64,000 nucleotides of DNA from Escherichia phage VpaE1_ev108, in the sequence record LR597658. One strand, 5' to 3'. Shown piece after piece: positions 18,140 to 26,571 of the stretch. Every line of letters starts with the position of its first letter. Positions within the stretch are counted from its first letter, which is position 1. Both the position numbers and the translations under genes were made by a program. The notes under the pieces were generated by a model. The model was not told the DNA's origin. It did not search any database and saw nothing but the letters and a program-made list of their open reading frames with translations.

Positions 18140-18643
18140 CTATAATTGTAGGTTGCATTCTTTACTTACCTCTTCAAGTTTAATCTCCGAGTCCTTAAGT
18201 CGTTTCTTATGAACTCTGAATCTCATTAGTGCGATGATGATACCAACTAAAGGGACAGCATACAAGTACCAAACATCATATACCTTTGCAGTAATCTGTG
18301 TAATGGTTAAGTCTTGAGCTATGGAACTGATTGCTGATACTGCCAGTAATGTTGCTAGGAAAAATGCCAGTACCATTACCGTACTTAAACAACCTCTGGC
18401 ATGGTGTTCATGCTTAATGCACTTATTCTTTTCGTCAACAACCCTGTTGTAGTCATTTGTAAAGTCTCTGTAGAAAGCTTTCAAGTATTCTTGAGTGTAG
18501 CCTTCAAAGCAACCTGTACCATACCAATAATCACCACCAAAGTGTGCTATGATACCGGTATCCCCATTTGGTTTGGTTACTCTCAAAGAGGTGTGATGAC
18601 GAGTATCTTGATAGTCTATTTTGTATCTTTCTTCATAAATCAT
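18140..18643 (-). CDS. hypothetical membrane protein
   Basis: start at ATG 18643 (ATGA overlap with upstream stop, GAGGGA SD); hydrophobic segment VMVLAFFLATLLAVSAISSIA. Confidence 0.5.
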   Translation of the reverse strand: MIYEERYKIDYQDTRHHTSLRVTKPNGDTGIIAHFGGDYWYGTGCFEGYTQEYLKAFYRDFTNDYNRVVDEKNKCIKHEHHARGCLSTVMVLAFFLATLLAVSAISSIAQDLTITQITAKVYDVWYLYAVPLVGIIIALMRFRVHKKRLKDSEIKLEEVSKECNLQL

Positions 18644-18873
18644 TTTCCAATCCCTCTCAATCGTTTGTTCCACTCAAGGTCAACAAGTCTTTGCAGGACT
18701 TTCCCTCTAGGTGTTACACCTTTTAAATCTGCATCGTAGCAACGGTAAAAGTCACCTTCAGCGTGTTTACCATAGCATTTTCTGATATTCTGACTTCTAC
18801 GATATTGTTCTAATAGGGACAGCTTGTAGTAATCTTCAACTGTAGTTAGTTTTTTCATTCTTTCACCACGCAT
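18640..18873 (-). CDS. hypothetical small protein
   Basis: 77 aa ORF. Confidence 0.45.
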   Translation of the reverse strand: MRGERMKKLTTVEDYYKLSLLEQYRRSQNIRKCYGKHAEGDFYRCYDADLKGVTPRGKVLQRLVDLEWNKRLRGIGK

Positions 18874-18931
18874 CTTCTTAAGAAGCTAAAAAGGGAACTA
18901 CCTCTCAATAGCTCCCATTATAATCAATATT

Positions 18932-19522
18932 TTATACTCGGCAAGAGTACTTCTTAGGCATTAATGCGCTACGTTTGTTACTCTCTTCACTCAACAATGC
19001 GATAAAGTCATCACCTTTACCTTTCCACGGGCTGAATGAAGGGATATGCTCACGAATAGCCTCAATAACCGTCTTAAGTGCTGTATTTTTCATCCACCAA
19101 TCAGAATCTGCTGATGCCACTACGTAGTATCCACCTTCATCAGTCAGAATTGGCTCTGAGATACATGGTGAAATCAAAGTTGTGACGATTGAACCATTGT
19201 TCATGTAGTATGTACGCTTAATAACCTTTTCAAGAAGCTTGTGAAGGTCACCAAATAGTGTTACAAGTTCTTTGTGGTCGATGTCTTTTTCAAGGCTTGC
19301 TCGGTACTTCAATAGTGCAGCATCAACCTCTCTGTCATTAAACTTGAAATATTGAACTTCATCAACAAGGCAAACACTGATATTGTTCACATTCATAGTC
19401 AACTTACAAACTTTTGCAGGAGAGTTGATGCTTGGTTGAAAAAGTGCAACACACCCTTCAATGTTTCCAAAATGTTGGACTAGTGTTACTTGTGGAGTAA
19501 TATTCTGTTGCTCTTCGGACAT
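18932..19522 (-). CDS. hypothetical protein
   Basis: 196 aa ORF. Confidence 0.5.
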   Translation of the reverse strand: MSEEQQNITPQVTLVQHFGNIEGCVALFQPSINSPAKVCKLTMNVNNISVCLVDEVQYFKFNDREVDAALLKYRASLEKDIDHKELVTLFGDLHKLLEKVIKRTYYMNNGSIVTTLISPCISEPILTDEGGYYVVASADSDWWMKNTALKTVIEAIREHIPSFSPWKGKGDDFIALLSEESNKRSALMPKKYSCRV

Positions 19523-19866
19523 TACAGTTTCCTCATTAAATACTTTTTAAGTTGTGTGTTAGGTTTCTCAAAAACTTCTATAGAAGATATCTTGACAGAT
19601 TCACCACGCATACCTGTGTGTTTGAATATATAGTACTCTAACATCCCTATGTACTTTGCTGGTAAGTCATGCTTGACATATACCGTCACAGAATCTTCAA
19701 ACTCAACAACCTTTGTACCATCTTTGTAGTTAAACTCTTTAGGATGGTTGTAGTTGTCTATATCGTACATTAAGAAGAGTCTTTTACGTTGTAAGTCAAG
19801 CTTATTTGTTAAAGACTCTTTGATATCTGAGAAGTTTTTGTACACTGTGACATGGAGCTTACTCAT
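19522..19866 (-). CDS. hypothetical protein
   Basis: 114 aa ORF. Confidence 0.5.
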   Translation of the reverse strand: MSKLHVTVYKNFSDIKESLTNKLDLQRKRLFLMYDIDNYNHPKEFNYKDGTKVVEFEDSVTVYVKHDLPAKYIGMLEYYIFKHTGMRGESVKISSIEVFEKPNTQLKKYLMRKL

Positions 19867-20152
19867 CGTTAAACTCTCTGACGAAGAAATAGTTGACTTT
19901 GTTATTACCTACCATAAGGTCAAAGCAGGTATTCTCAAAAGGTTTGTTGTAGGCATCATATGAAACATATGGGTCAGCTACTTGCTTAGTAGTGAGCTTT
20001 TTACTTGATGGATTTAAGAGGCCACCATACAGTTTCTTGATAGCCTCTTCTACAACAGACCAGATGATTTCGTCAGTAATTTCTTCGTACAGGTCAAGTT
20101 CACGCTCTAGTGAGAAGTCACAAATAGGGAAAATAACCTGTACTTTACTCAT
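19859..20152 (-). CDS. hypothetical protein
   Basis: 97 aa ORF. Confidence 0.5.
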   Translation of the reverse strand: MSKVQVIFPICDFSLERELDLYEEITDEIIWSVVEEAIKKLYGGLLNPSSKKLTTKQVADPYVSYDAYNKPFENTCFDLMVGNNKVNYFFVREFNDE

Positions 20153-20550
20153 TAACGAATCACCTGTGAGACTTGAATTGCTTCAGTTACTGACAAGTCA
20201 CCTACTTTCTCTTCTTTGATAAAGGTGAAGGTAAGTTCAACAGGCTCTCGCTCTTCTTGCTCAACTGGAACACCATTAAGCTCATCAAAGATTGATTGTG
20301 TTGTCCAATCTTCACCACCATCTGGGTAGTGGATTGCGTAAAGAGGGAACTCCCTGTCAAACCAACCAAATACAGGACAACCATCTTCATCATCTCGTAC
20401 TCGATGAAGTGTGCTTCCAGACCCTGTAAACTGAAGGAATAAATCTCCGTTGCACTTGTATATTACTGCATCGGCAAAACCTATATCTTCTCGACCATCA
20501 TGGCCAAACGTGTCAACTTTTACTTGGATATCTCTAACATCTTTATTCAT
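20152..20550 (-). CDS. hypothetical acidic protein
   Basis: 132 aa ORF. Confidence 0.5.
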   Translation of the reverse strand: MNKDVRDIQVKVDTFGHDGREDIGFADAVIYKCNGDLFLQFTGSGSTLHRVRDDEDGCPVFGWFDREFPLYAIHYPDGGEDWTTQSIFDELNGVPVEQEEREPVELTFTFIKEEKVGDLSVTEAIQVSQVIR

Positions 20551-20941
20551 AAAAACCTCTCTCTGCTTGTTCGATTTTTGCTCTTAAAGTTTCGCAATGA
20601 TGTAGATGGTAGTTAGCTTCTTGTTCATGTGTTGCTAACTGCCTTTCCAGAACAGTTTTATAGTAACCTGCAAGTTGCTCTTTTGTCAATGGGTGCTCTG
20701 AAATAATATCAAGTCCACTTTCGCCAAGAGGGTTGAATTGTCCATGCTCATTGACATTGTAAGTCTCAAACTTGAACAGACCATTGTTCACAGACTCAAT
20801 AGGCGACAGCTCAACAAGCTCTACAGTAAACCGTGTATATACCTTGTCACCTCTTGAAACCACATTGTTTCCGACAATGCGTACAAGCGAGCCATTACGA
20901 GTGTACTTAAAAGTTCCAAAGTCACTAGCCCAAAGTTTCAT
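20543..20941 (-). CDS. hypothetical protein
   Basis: 132 aa ORF; AGGAG SD; follows terminator. Confidence 0.5.
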   Translation of the reverse strand: MKLWASDFGTFKYTRNGSLVRIVGNNVVSRGDKVYTRFTVELVELSPIESVNNGLFKFETYNVNEHGQFNPLGESGLDIISEHPLTKEQLAGYYKTVLERQLATHEQEANYHLHHCETLRAKIEQAERGFYE

Positions 20942-20956
20942 AGCTTTCTCCTTAGA

Positions 20957-20994
20957 AAATAAAAAAAAAAAAAAAAAGGCTCCCGAAGGAGCCT
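20957..20994 (-). terminator. intrinsic terminator with 17-nt homopolymer run
   Basis: on the minus strand AGGCTCC-ttcg-GGAGCCT hairpin followed by T17 (A17 at 20961-20977 on plus). Confidence 0.7.
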
Positions 20995-21003
20995 ATGAAG
21001 ATA

Positions 21004-21468
21004 TTATTTTGGATATACACTGTCAAGATAAATGTCAGCTTCCATTCTACGTCTGTTTTTCAGGCCGTTTGAAGTGACCTTCTTACCTTTTACTGTGACC
21101 TTGTTCCACCACTGCATAGCTTCTGCACAACCGACCTTATTACCAGCATTGTGGCGCTTGATAAATGTAGAGTCCTGCATAGCTGTGATACCAATGTTGT
21201 ATGTTTCACTTACAAGTGCATCAAACTCATTCTGAGAAGTTGGAACCTTGATGGCTTTGTTCACTGCTGCAACGAACTTTTCAACATCTGCAAGAAGATA
21301 CTGTTCAGCTTGTTCAGCGGTAATCTTCATACCCATCTTAACAGGCTTCCCACCAATACGAATTGTCCCATACCCAATTGTGGGGATTCCAGCAGAATCT
21401 TCGTAAGCCTCAAGCTTAAGACCTTCAAAGAACTTAATAGCTTCTAAACCTTTTCTTGAGAGTTGCAT
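21004..21468 (-). CDS. endolysin, T4-type lysozyme (GH24)
   Basis: LEAIKFFEGLKLEAYEDSAGIPTIGYGT matches the catalytic Glu/Asp/Thr region of T4 lysozyme-family proteins. Confidence 0.8.
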   Translation of the reverse strand: MQLSRKGLEAIKFFEGLKLEAYEDSAGIPTIGYGTIRIGGKPVKMGMKITAEQAEQYLLADVEKFVAAVNKAIKVPTSQNEFDALVSETYNIGITAMQDSTFIKRHNAGNKVGCAEAMQWWNKVTVKGKKVTSNGLKNRRRMEADIYLDSVYPK

Positions 21469-22352
21469 TATGCCTCCCCTGCTGGGTTAACAGTAACTGT
21501 TGCTGCATTAGATGTTACAGAGCCACCTGCACCAGTAACTACACAGGTGTAGCTTCCTGCATCAGCAGCGGTTGCACCTTCTTTGGTGTAAGTTGCAGCA
21601 GTTGCGTCTGGGATGACTTCCTCACCTTTCTTCCACTGATAACCTGTTGCACCTGTTGCCACAACATTCAACGTTAAGGTCTCACCTTCATTGATTTCTT
21701 GATTGGTTGGCTGTTGAGTGATGACAGGAAGTGCATTCACAGTCACTGTTGCTGCATCTGAGGTAACACTTGTTCCACCCTCTCCAGATACAACACAAGT
21801 GTATGAACCAGCGTCAGAAGGTGCTACTGACTGTTTTGTGTAAGTTGCAGAATTGGCACTAGGGATGTCCTCACCATCCTTCTTCCACTGATATCCAGTG
21901 GCGTTAGTTGCTAGAATGCTTAGAGTAAGTGTGCCACCCTCATTGACTGTTTGACCTGTTGGTTGCTGAGTAATTGCTGGTGGCTTAATAGCATCCTTCA
22001 ACTTAGCATTCAACATTGAGAACGGCTTAACTCTTGCCAACCATTCACAGTAAATTGTGTCAACATCTTTACCATTGATGATTGCATACTGCAAATCCAT
22101 GAAGAAATCAGCAGTTCTCATCTGTGCACCAACACTGTAAAGCAATTCATCACTAAATGGAACTTTGTAGTCTGGTTTGTAGTCAAACTTCTTAACTTCT
22201 GCAATATCAGCTTCAGGCCAATACGAACTATAGGTAAGTGGTAAAATAGCCTCTTGATATGTTCTAAAATCATATCTCTTACCAGCCTTTACGTTCGCAA
22301 CGAAGCCCTTCACAAACTCTTTGAAGTCTGGGTAAGTCTTTGCTTTAATCAT
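21468..22352 (-). CDS. hypothetical protein with two C-terminal Ig-like repeats
   Basis: two ~85 aa repeats (..TGYQWKK.GE.IP.A..ATYTK......DAGSYTCVV.G.GG); N-terminal ~125 aa paralogous to next gene. Confidence 0.5.
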   Translation of the reverse strand: MIKAKTYPDFKEFVKGFVANVKAGKRYDFRTYQEAILPLTYSSYWPEADIAEVKKFDYKPDYKVPFSDELLYSVGAQMRTADFFMDLQYAIINGKDVDTIYCEWLARVKPFSMLNAKLKDAIKPPAITQQPTGQTVNEGGTLTLSILATNATGYQWKKDGEDIPSANSATYTKQSVAPSDAGSYTCVVSGEGGTSVTSDAATVTVNALPVITQQPTNQEINEGETLTLNVVATGATGYQWKKGEEVIPDATAATYTKEGATAADAGSYTCVVTGAGGSVTSNAATVTVNPAGEA

Positions 22353-22720
22353 TTCTTTTTAGCCTCTAAATGTGCGTTTAGTCTAAAATAACCTTTGTGA
22401 TGCGGAGATACATCACCAACAACAATACCTTTAACCTTATAGCCTTTACCAATTACATACTGGATATCCATAAGGAATCTTCCAAGACCAACAATATGGA
22501 ACATTGGATATAATAGATTCTCAGAATCTGGAATATTGATTTCAGGTTTGTAGGTGCGTTGTTCGCTTGTTGGTGTAATATCTTCTTCAGGCCATTTACT
22601 GAGTCTCCATGTCAAAGGTGTTGGGATAACATCATTAAGGTTGTACCTTTCACCATTTTGCACGGAATTGATATAGGATTGTAGGAAGCAATAAAAGTCT
22701 TTTGCACTCTTAGCTTTCAT
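22349..22720 (-). CDS. hypothetical protein, paralog of N-terminal domain of 21468-22352
   Basis: shared pattern MKAK..F..F......V..G.RY .. YKP .. LLY .. MDLQY.I..GK .. LNA.L. Confidence 0.5.
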   Translation of the reverse strand: MKAKSAKDFYCFLQSYINSVQNGERYNLNDVIPTPLTWRLSKWPEEDITPTSEQRTYKPEINIPDSENLLYPMFHIVGLGRFLMDIQYVIGKGYKVKGIVVGDVSPHHKGYFRLNAHLEAKKK

Positions 22721-22767
22721 TAAATATCCTTATAAATAGTTAAAGGGGCATCAGCCCCTATTCACAC

Positions 22768-23358
22768 TTAAGCTTTGGTCTTAAGTAGGTTCTTAAGTTT
22801 TTTAAGATTCATACTCTCATCAAACTTAAAACCAAATCCATTGACATAATCAATGAACTCGGATTTCTTACTGAGTGACAATGCGTAACTCATATCAAAG
22901 TTCTTACTTGTTTCTGCGTCTGGACTAGAGTTCACATCAAATGAAATTTCTGTAGGCTCTTGCTTACTTTTCCTCATATTATCAACCAACAAACATGTAT
23001 AGTTTGCTGGATAGAAGTTTACACTACCATCAACGTAGCTGTACTTATTATTATGGATAAGGTTGGAAAATACCTTAAGGAATGTTTCTGAGTCGTGGCA
23101 AACAAGTTTGAATTGGCTGCTCTCTCCAAGCGCAACTAATGAGTACGGACTTTCACTATCAAAGTCATAATTTGGATTCGATGCCGTCACTGTTACACGC
23201 ATCAAGTTATTAGCAATAGTCTTCTGTTTAAAAGAATTTTGAACATAGTGAAGACCTCTATCACACTGATTGACTAGCTCTTTAAGCAGGTCATTTGCAT
23301 ATGGTGAATTAATTGATACAGAGCCATCACTATTGTAATTAAAACTTACTGTTAACAT
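22768..23358 (-). CDS. hypothetical protein
   Basis: 196 aa ORF. Confidence 0.5.
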   Translation of the reverse strand: MLTVSFNYNSDGSVSINSPYANDLLKELVNQCDRGLHYVQNSFKQKTIANNLMRVTVTASNPNYDFDSESPYSLVALGESSQFKLVCHDSETFLKVFSNLIHNNKYSYVDGSVNFYPANYTCLLVDNMRKSKQEPTEISFDVNSSPDAETSKNFDMSYALSLSKKSEFIDYVNGFGFKFDESMNLKKLKNLLKTKA

Positions 23359-23585
23359 TTTTCAGTTCTCCTGCGGTTTATAATTTTGCTGCAATAGAGA
23401 AACGAAGTAAACTCACTGGAAGAAACCATTAAGTGTTGTTCACTAGATTGAGCCATTGCCCTGAAATACATTCCAGTCAAAGCATCATAGTGACTATTCT
23501 TTCCAATTGAGGTTATATAGCCATGACTCTTTGCAGTTTGATATAAATCTATAATATCTGCGATTTCTAATTGGGAACTACACAT
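23352..23585 (-). CDS. hypothetical small protein
   Basis: 77 aa ORF. Confidence 0.4.
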   Translation of the reverse strand: MCSSQLEIADIIDLYQTAKSHGYITSIGKNSHYDALTGMYFRAMAQSSEQHLMVSSSEFTSFLYCSKIINRRRTEKC

Positions 23586-23749
23586 AGATAATCCTCTTGT
23601 CTTCTGTAATTTTGAAAGAACAGGTACAGACCAATTTCAGAGGACGAATAGTAGATTAATTCTACCCTTTTTGATTCCTTACAGTGATTGGTATTCTTAC
23701 CTTTCTTCGGTTTATTTGATTTTCTCATTAAGTCTCCTTTGTAGAACAA
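23567..23749 (-). CDS. hypothetical small basic protein
   Basis: 60 aa ORF, first gene of the minus block. Confidence 0.35.
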   Translation of the reverse strand: MFYKGDLMRKSNKPKKGKNTNHCKESKRVELIYYSSSEIGLYLFFQNYRRQEDYLCVVPN

Positions 23750-23821
23750 GGCAGACCTACAGCTTTAAGTAAGATGGTACAGTAATCCATACAACAAGTC
23801 AAGAACTATTGCAAGTTAAAA

Positions 23822-23870
23822 AAGTTGTTGACAAAGTACTTGACAAGGTGTAGGCTTATAAATACTTAGA
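23822..23870 (+). promoter_or_regulatory. tandem sigma70-like promoters in divergent intergenic region
   Basis: AAAAAGTTG-TTGACA..TTGACA followed by TAGGCT / TACTTA at 17-nt spacing. Confidence 0.4.
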
Positions 23871-23977
23871 AGATAACTTAAAAGGTTCCTCTAAAAAGGC
23901 TATTTAAACAGATATCTTTCTGGATATCTATCTTTTATCTTAAAAGCCTTTTAAGAGGTCTTATAAGAGGCATACCA

Positions 23978-24349
23978 ATGAAAAACAGAACAAACAAAGG
24001 CCAGTTTAAAAAAGGCCAGTCTGGAAACCCATCTGGAAGACCAAAAGGCTCTCGTAACAAAAGCTCACTTGTAAAAGCTCAACTGACCATTGATAATTCT
24101 GCTGAGTTTGCTGCAAAGTTGTTTGAGGCGATTGTTACAAGGGACGCTGCTAAGCTTGCAGAGTTCGGGTTAAACACAGACGACGTAACCATCAAGAGCA
24201 TGATTGAGGTAGGTAAAACTATCTTTACTCACTCAGCAGGTGAGATGAAAGCACTTGCAGCAGACACTAAGAAGACTCCTGATAATGGTGGTCAACAACA
24301 GACAGATAACAAACCAACGTTCTCTGCTGTTGCAACCCTCAAAAAATAA
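23978..24349 (+). CDS. hypothetical protein with GNPSGRPKG motif
   Basis: 123 aa ORF, AGAGG SD; basic Gly/Pro N-terminus. Confidence 0.5.
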   Translation: MKNRTNKGQFKKGQSGNPSGRPKGSRNKSSLVKAQLTIDNSAEFAAKLFEAIVTRDAAKLAEFGLNTDDVTIKSMIEVGKTIFTHSAGEMKALAADTKKTPDNGGQQQTDNKPTFSAVATLKK

Positions 24350-24392
24350 TTTTAAAAGGTGTTGACAGACTCTACAAAGTTGCTCTAAAGTC
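24345..24392 (+). promoter_or_regulatory. sigma70-like promoter
   Basis: TTTTAAAAGGTG-TTGACA - 18 nt - TAAAGT. Confidence 0.45.
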
Positions 24393-24430
24393 TGTCACAT
24401 CAACAAACAAAATGAGAGAAGAGAGTAAAT

Positions 24431-25846
24431 ATGAGCGAATTATTTAAACATGCGCACCTTCATGCAGGTCGAACTGAAAATGGTGCTATAAACCATACTT
24501 CATCAATGTCTGCTCTTGTAGACTTTTACAAAGCTGCGGGTTCTAGCCGTAGCAATGTAGAAATCTTACCAGACCTGTTCTACAAAGCTTTGCGTGAGGA
24601 TGTTGATGTTGCAGTTCGTATTTTGCTTCATATGCGAGATGTACGAGAGGGTATGGGTGAGCGTAAAGCTTTCCGAACCGTTTTGCTTCAAGCAATTGAA
24701 GATAAAGTTTTAGAGCCTACACAGGTTCTTCGCATTATGGATAAGATTGCAGAACTTGGTCGTTTTGATGACTTCAAAATCTTCGTAGGTACTCGTTTCG
24801 AGACAGATGCCTTCAAACATTTAGAAGCAGCATTACTAGACCCTGCAACAGCAGGTTTGGCAGCTAAGTGGTTACCACGAGTAAAACCACGTCATAAGCA
24901 GTTTGTAAAACGTTTCTGCAAGTTTGCCAACTTGAGTGAGAAAGAGTACCGCACACTGTTGTCTGCACTATCTGATACAGTTGAGCAAAAAATCTCTGCT
25001 AATGAGTTTGGTAAGATTGACTACAGTAAGATTCCTTCTCTTGCTGCTGCACGTTACCAAAAGCTGTTTAACCGTAAAGATGGAGAGCGTTACAAAGCTT
25101 ACATCGAGTCCTTATCAAAAGGTGAGACTAAGATTAACGCTGGTGCTGTTTACCCATACGATGTGATTAAATCTGTTAAGTATGGTAATGCAGATGTTGC
25201 TAATGAGCAGTGGAAAGCACTACCAAACTGGATGGCAGAAGGTGAAAACATCTTGTGTATGTCTGATGTATCAAGTTCAATGTCTTGGGTGAATTTTGGC
25301 TCCATTACTGCTCTGGATATTGGTGTATCACTTGCCTTGTATGTAGCAGAACGCAATACAGGTTGCTTTAAGAATGAGTTAATGGTTTATTCAACAAACC
25401 CTCACTTCATCGAACTGAGTGGTGATTTACGAAACCGTCATCGTCAGGTGATGCGACACGTTGAATATGGCTCAACTAACTTACAAGCAGCTTTTGACCG
25501 CATTCTTGAAACAGGTAAAAGAAACAACTTGACTCAGAAAGATATGCCAAGTAAGCTTATCATCTTCTCCGATATGGAGTTCAATCAGGTTGATGGAGCT
25601 AACGGTCGTACAAACTTTGAAGCAATTCAGAGTAAGTACAAAAAAGCTGGATATGAGATGCCACAACTGGTATTCTGGTACTTAGCAAACCGTAATGGTA
25701 CTTGCGAAGTATCTGTTAAGGATAACGGTGTAGCAATGGTATCAGGGTTCTCTCCAGCCACTTTAAAAGCTCTGCTTGGTGGTGAGAAGTTTGACCCAAT
25801 CAGCGTAATGCTCAAAGCAGTAATGATTGACCGTTATATCTGGTAA
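24431..25846 (+). CDS. Ro60/TROVE-like protein with C-terminal vWA domain (MIDAS motif)
   Basis: GENILCMSDVSSSMSW (DxSxS MIDAS, cf. Ro60 ..DVSASM as recalled), GSTNLQAAF, LIIFSDMEFN vWA motifs; ~270 aa helical N-terminal region; GAGAG SD. Confidence 0.6.
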   Translation: MSELFKHAHLHAGRTENGAINHTSSMSALVDFYKAAGSSRSNVEILPDLFYKALREDVDVAVRILLHMRDVREGMGERKAFRTVLLQAIEDKVLEPTQVLRIMDKIAELGRFDDFKIFVGTRFETDAFKHLEAALLDPATAGLAAKWLPRVKPRHKQFVKRFCKFANLSEKEYRTLLSALSDTVEQKISANEFGKIDYSKIPSLAAARYQKLFNRKDGERYKAYIESLSKGETKINAGAVYPYDVIKSVKYGNADVANEQWKALPNWMAEGENILCMSDVSSSMSWVNFGSITALDIGVSLALYVAERNTGCFKNELMVYSTNPHFIELSGDLRNRHRQVMRHVEYGSTNLQAAFDRILETGKRNNLTQKDMPSKLIIFSDMEFNQVDGANGRTNFEAIQSKYKKAGYEMPQLVFWYLANRNGTCEVSVKDNGVAMVSGFSPATLKALLGGEKFDPISVMLKAVMIDRYIW

Positions 25847-25849
25847 AAA

Positions 25850-25895
25850 GTTTTAAAAAGGGTATTGACAATGTGTTTAATACCCTTTAATATGT
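25850..25895 (+). promoter_or_regulatory. sigma70-like promoter upstream of tRNA island
   Basis: TTTTAAAAAGGGTA-TTGACA - 17 nt - TAATAT. Confidence 0.55.
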
Positions 25896-25949
25896 TCTAC
25901 ATAGAAACGAAATGAGAGCTTTTCTAAGATACTGAAAAATATTTTAAAA

Positions 25950-25990
25950 AAGTTCTTGACAATCACTAAAAAATAATGTTAAAGTGGTTA
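25950..25990 (+). promoter_or_regulatory. sigma70-like promoter upstream of tRNA island
   Basis: TTTTAAAAAAGTTC-TTGACA - 18 nt - TAAAGT. Confidence 0.45.
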
Positions 25991-26011
25991 CATAGAGTTT
26001 GAAAAGTTTAT

Positions 26012-26088
26012 CTCTGTTTAGCTCAGCTTGGTAGAGCGTTCCGTTTGGGGCGGTAAGGCCGGAGGTTCAAGTCCTCCAACAGAGACCA
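26012..26088 (+). tRNA. tRNA-Pro (anticodon UGG)
   Basis: acceptor CTCTGTT/AACAGAG, T-arm GGAGG-TTCAAGT-CCTCC, loop ttTGGgg, encoded CCA. Confidence 0.6.
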
Positions 26089-26095
26089 AATTAAT

Positions 26096-26173
26096 GTTCC
26101 AGTAGACAAAATGGTAAAGTCACCACTCTTTCAAAGTGGATATCTGAGGGTTCAAATCCCTTCTGGAACGCCA
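26096..26173 (+). tRNA. tRNA-Glu (anticodon UUC)
   Basis: acceptor GTTCCAG/CTGGAAC, T-loop TTCAAAT, anticodon stem CCACT/AGTGG, loop ctTTCaa, CCA. Confidence 0.65.
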
Positions 26174-26178
26174 GTTTT

Positions 26179-26256
26179 GACAGAAGACCAATTACAGCAA
26201 ACTTAATCTTATTCATCTGAAGGTAAATCGGACAAAGAAGAGATTTGGTCTGGTCA
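26179..26256 (+). repeat. E1: conserved bulged-stem element (CAGAAGACCAA ... TTGGTCTGG)
   Basis: 5' block CAGAAGACCAATTACAGCAA and 3' block TTGGTCTGG form a 7 bp helix enclosing ~52 nt. Confidence 0.5.
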
Positions 26257-26264
26257 TTAAGAAT

Positions 26265-26341
26265 TGCGGGTATAGAGAAAGGGCGTCTCACATGTCTCAT
26301 TAGCATGGTATCGGCAGGTTCGACTCCTGCACCCGCCTCCA
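26265..26341 (+). tRNA. tRNA with CAU anticodon (Met, fMet or Ile-lysidine type)
   Basis: T-arm GCAGG-TTCGACT-CCTGC, acceptor with mismatch at pair 1-72, loop ctCATta, CCA. Confidence 0.5.
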
Positions 26342-26345
26342 AATT

Positions 26346-26415
26346 TACAGAAGACCGTTTACAGCAATATTTATTAAATTTTTAGCGGAAAAAATTGAAA
26401 GATACGGTCTGGTAA
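26346..26415 (+). repeat. E2: conserved bulged-stem element (CAGAAGACCGT ... ACGGTCTGG)
   Basis: same flanks as E1 with compensatory AA/TT to GT/AC change in the helix. Confidence 0.5.
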
Positions 26416-26425
26416 TACTAAACAT

Positions 26426-26502
26426 GGTTAGGAAGCACATAAGGTATGTGCGGTCGCCTGTTAAGCGAATGGCACAGGGTTCGAATCCCTGACTAACCGC
26501 CA
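26426..26502 (+). tRNA. tRNA-Asn (anticodon GUU)
   Basis: T-arm CAGGG-TTCGAAT-CCCTG, loop ctGTTaa, CCA. Confidence 0.65.
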
Positions 26503-26571
26503 AATTTAGGAGAGAAGCGATTGCTCACCGATTTGTAAGGTGCAAGTCCTTAGCCTGAATAGAAATTAAAT

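Noticed and set aside
26091-26342. 83 aa minus-strand ORF
   Set aside because: Spans tRNA-Glu, element E1 and the CAU tRNA; incompatible with the tRNA genes.
26503-26571. Additional tRNA between tRNA-Asn and tRNA-Tyr
   Set aside because: Contains a T-loop-like TGCAAGTCC but no acceptor stem, anticodon arm or CCA could be paired; left uncalled as a possible tRNA remnant.
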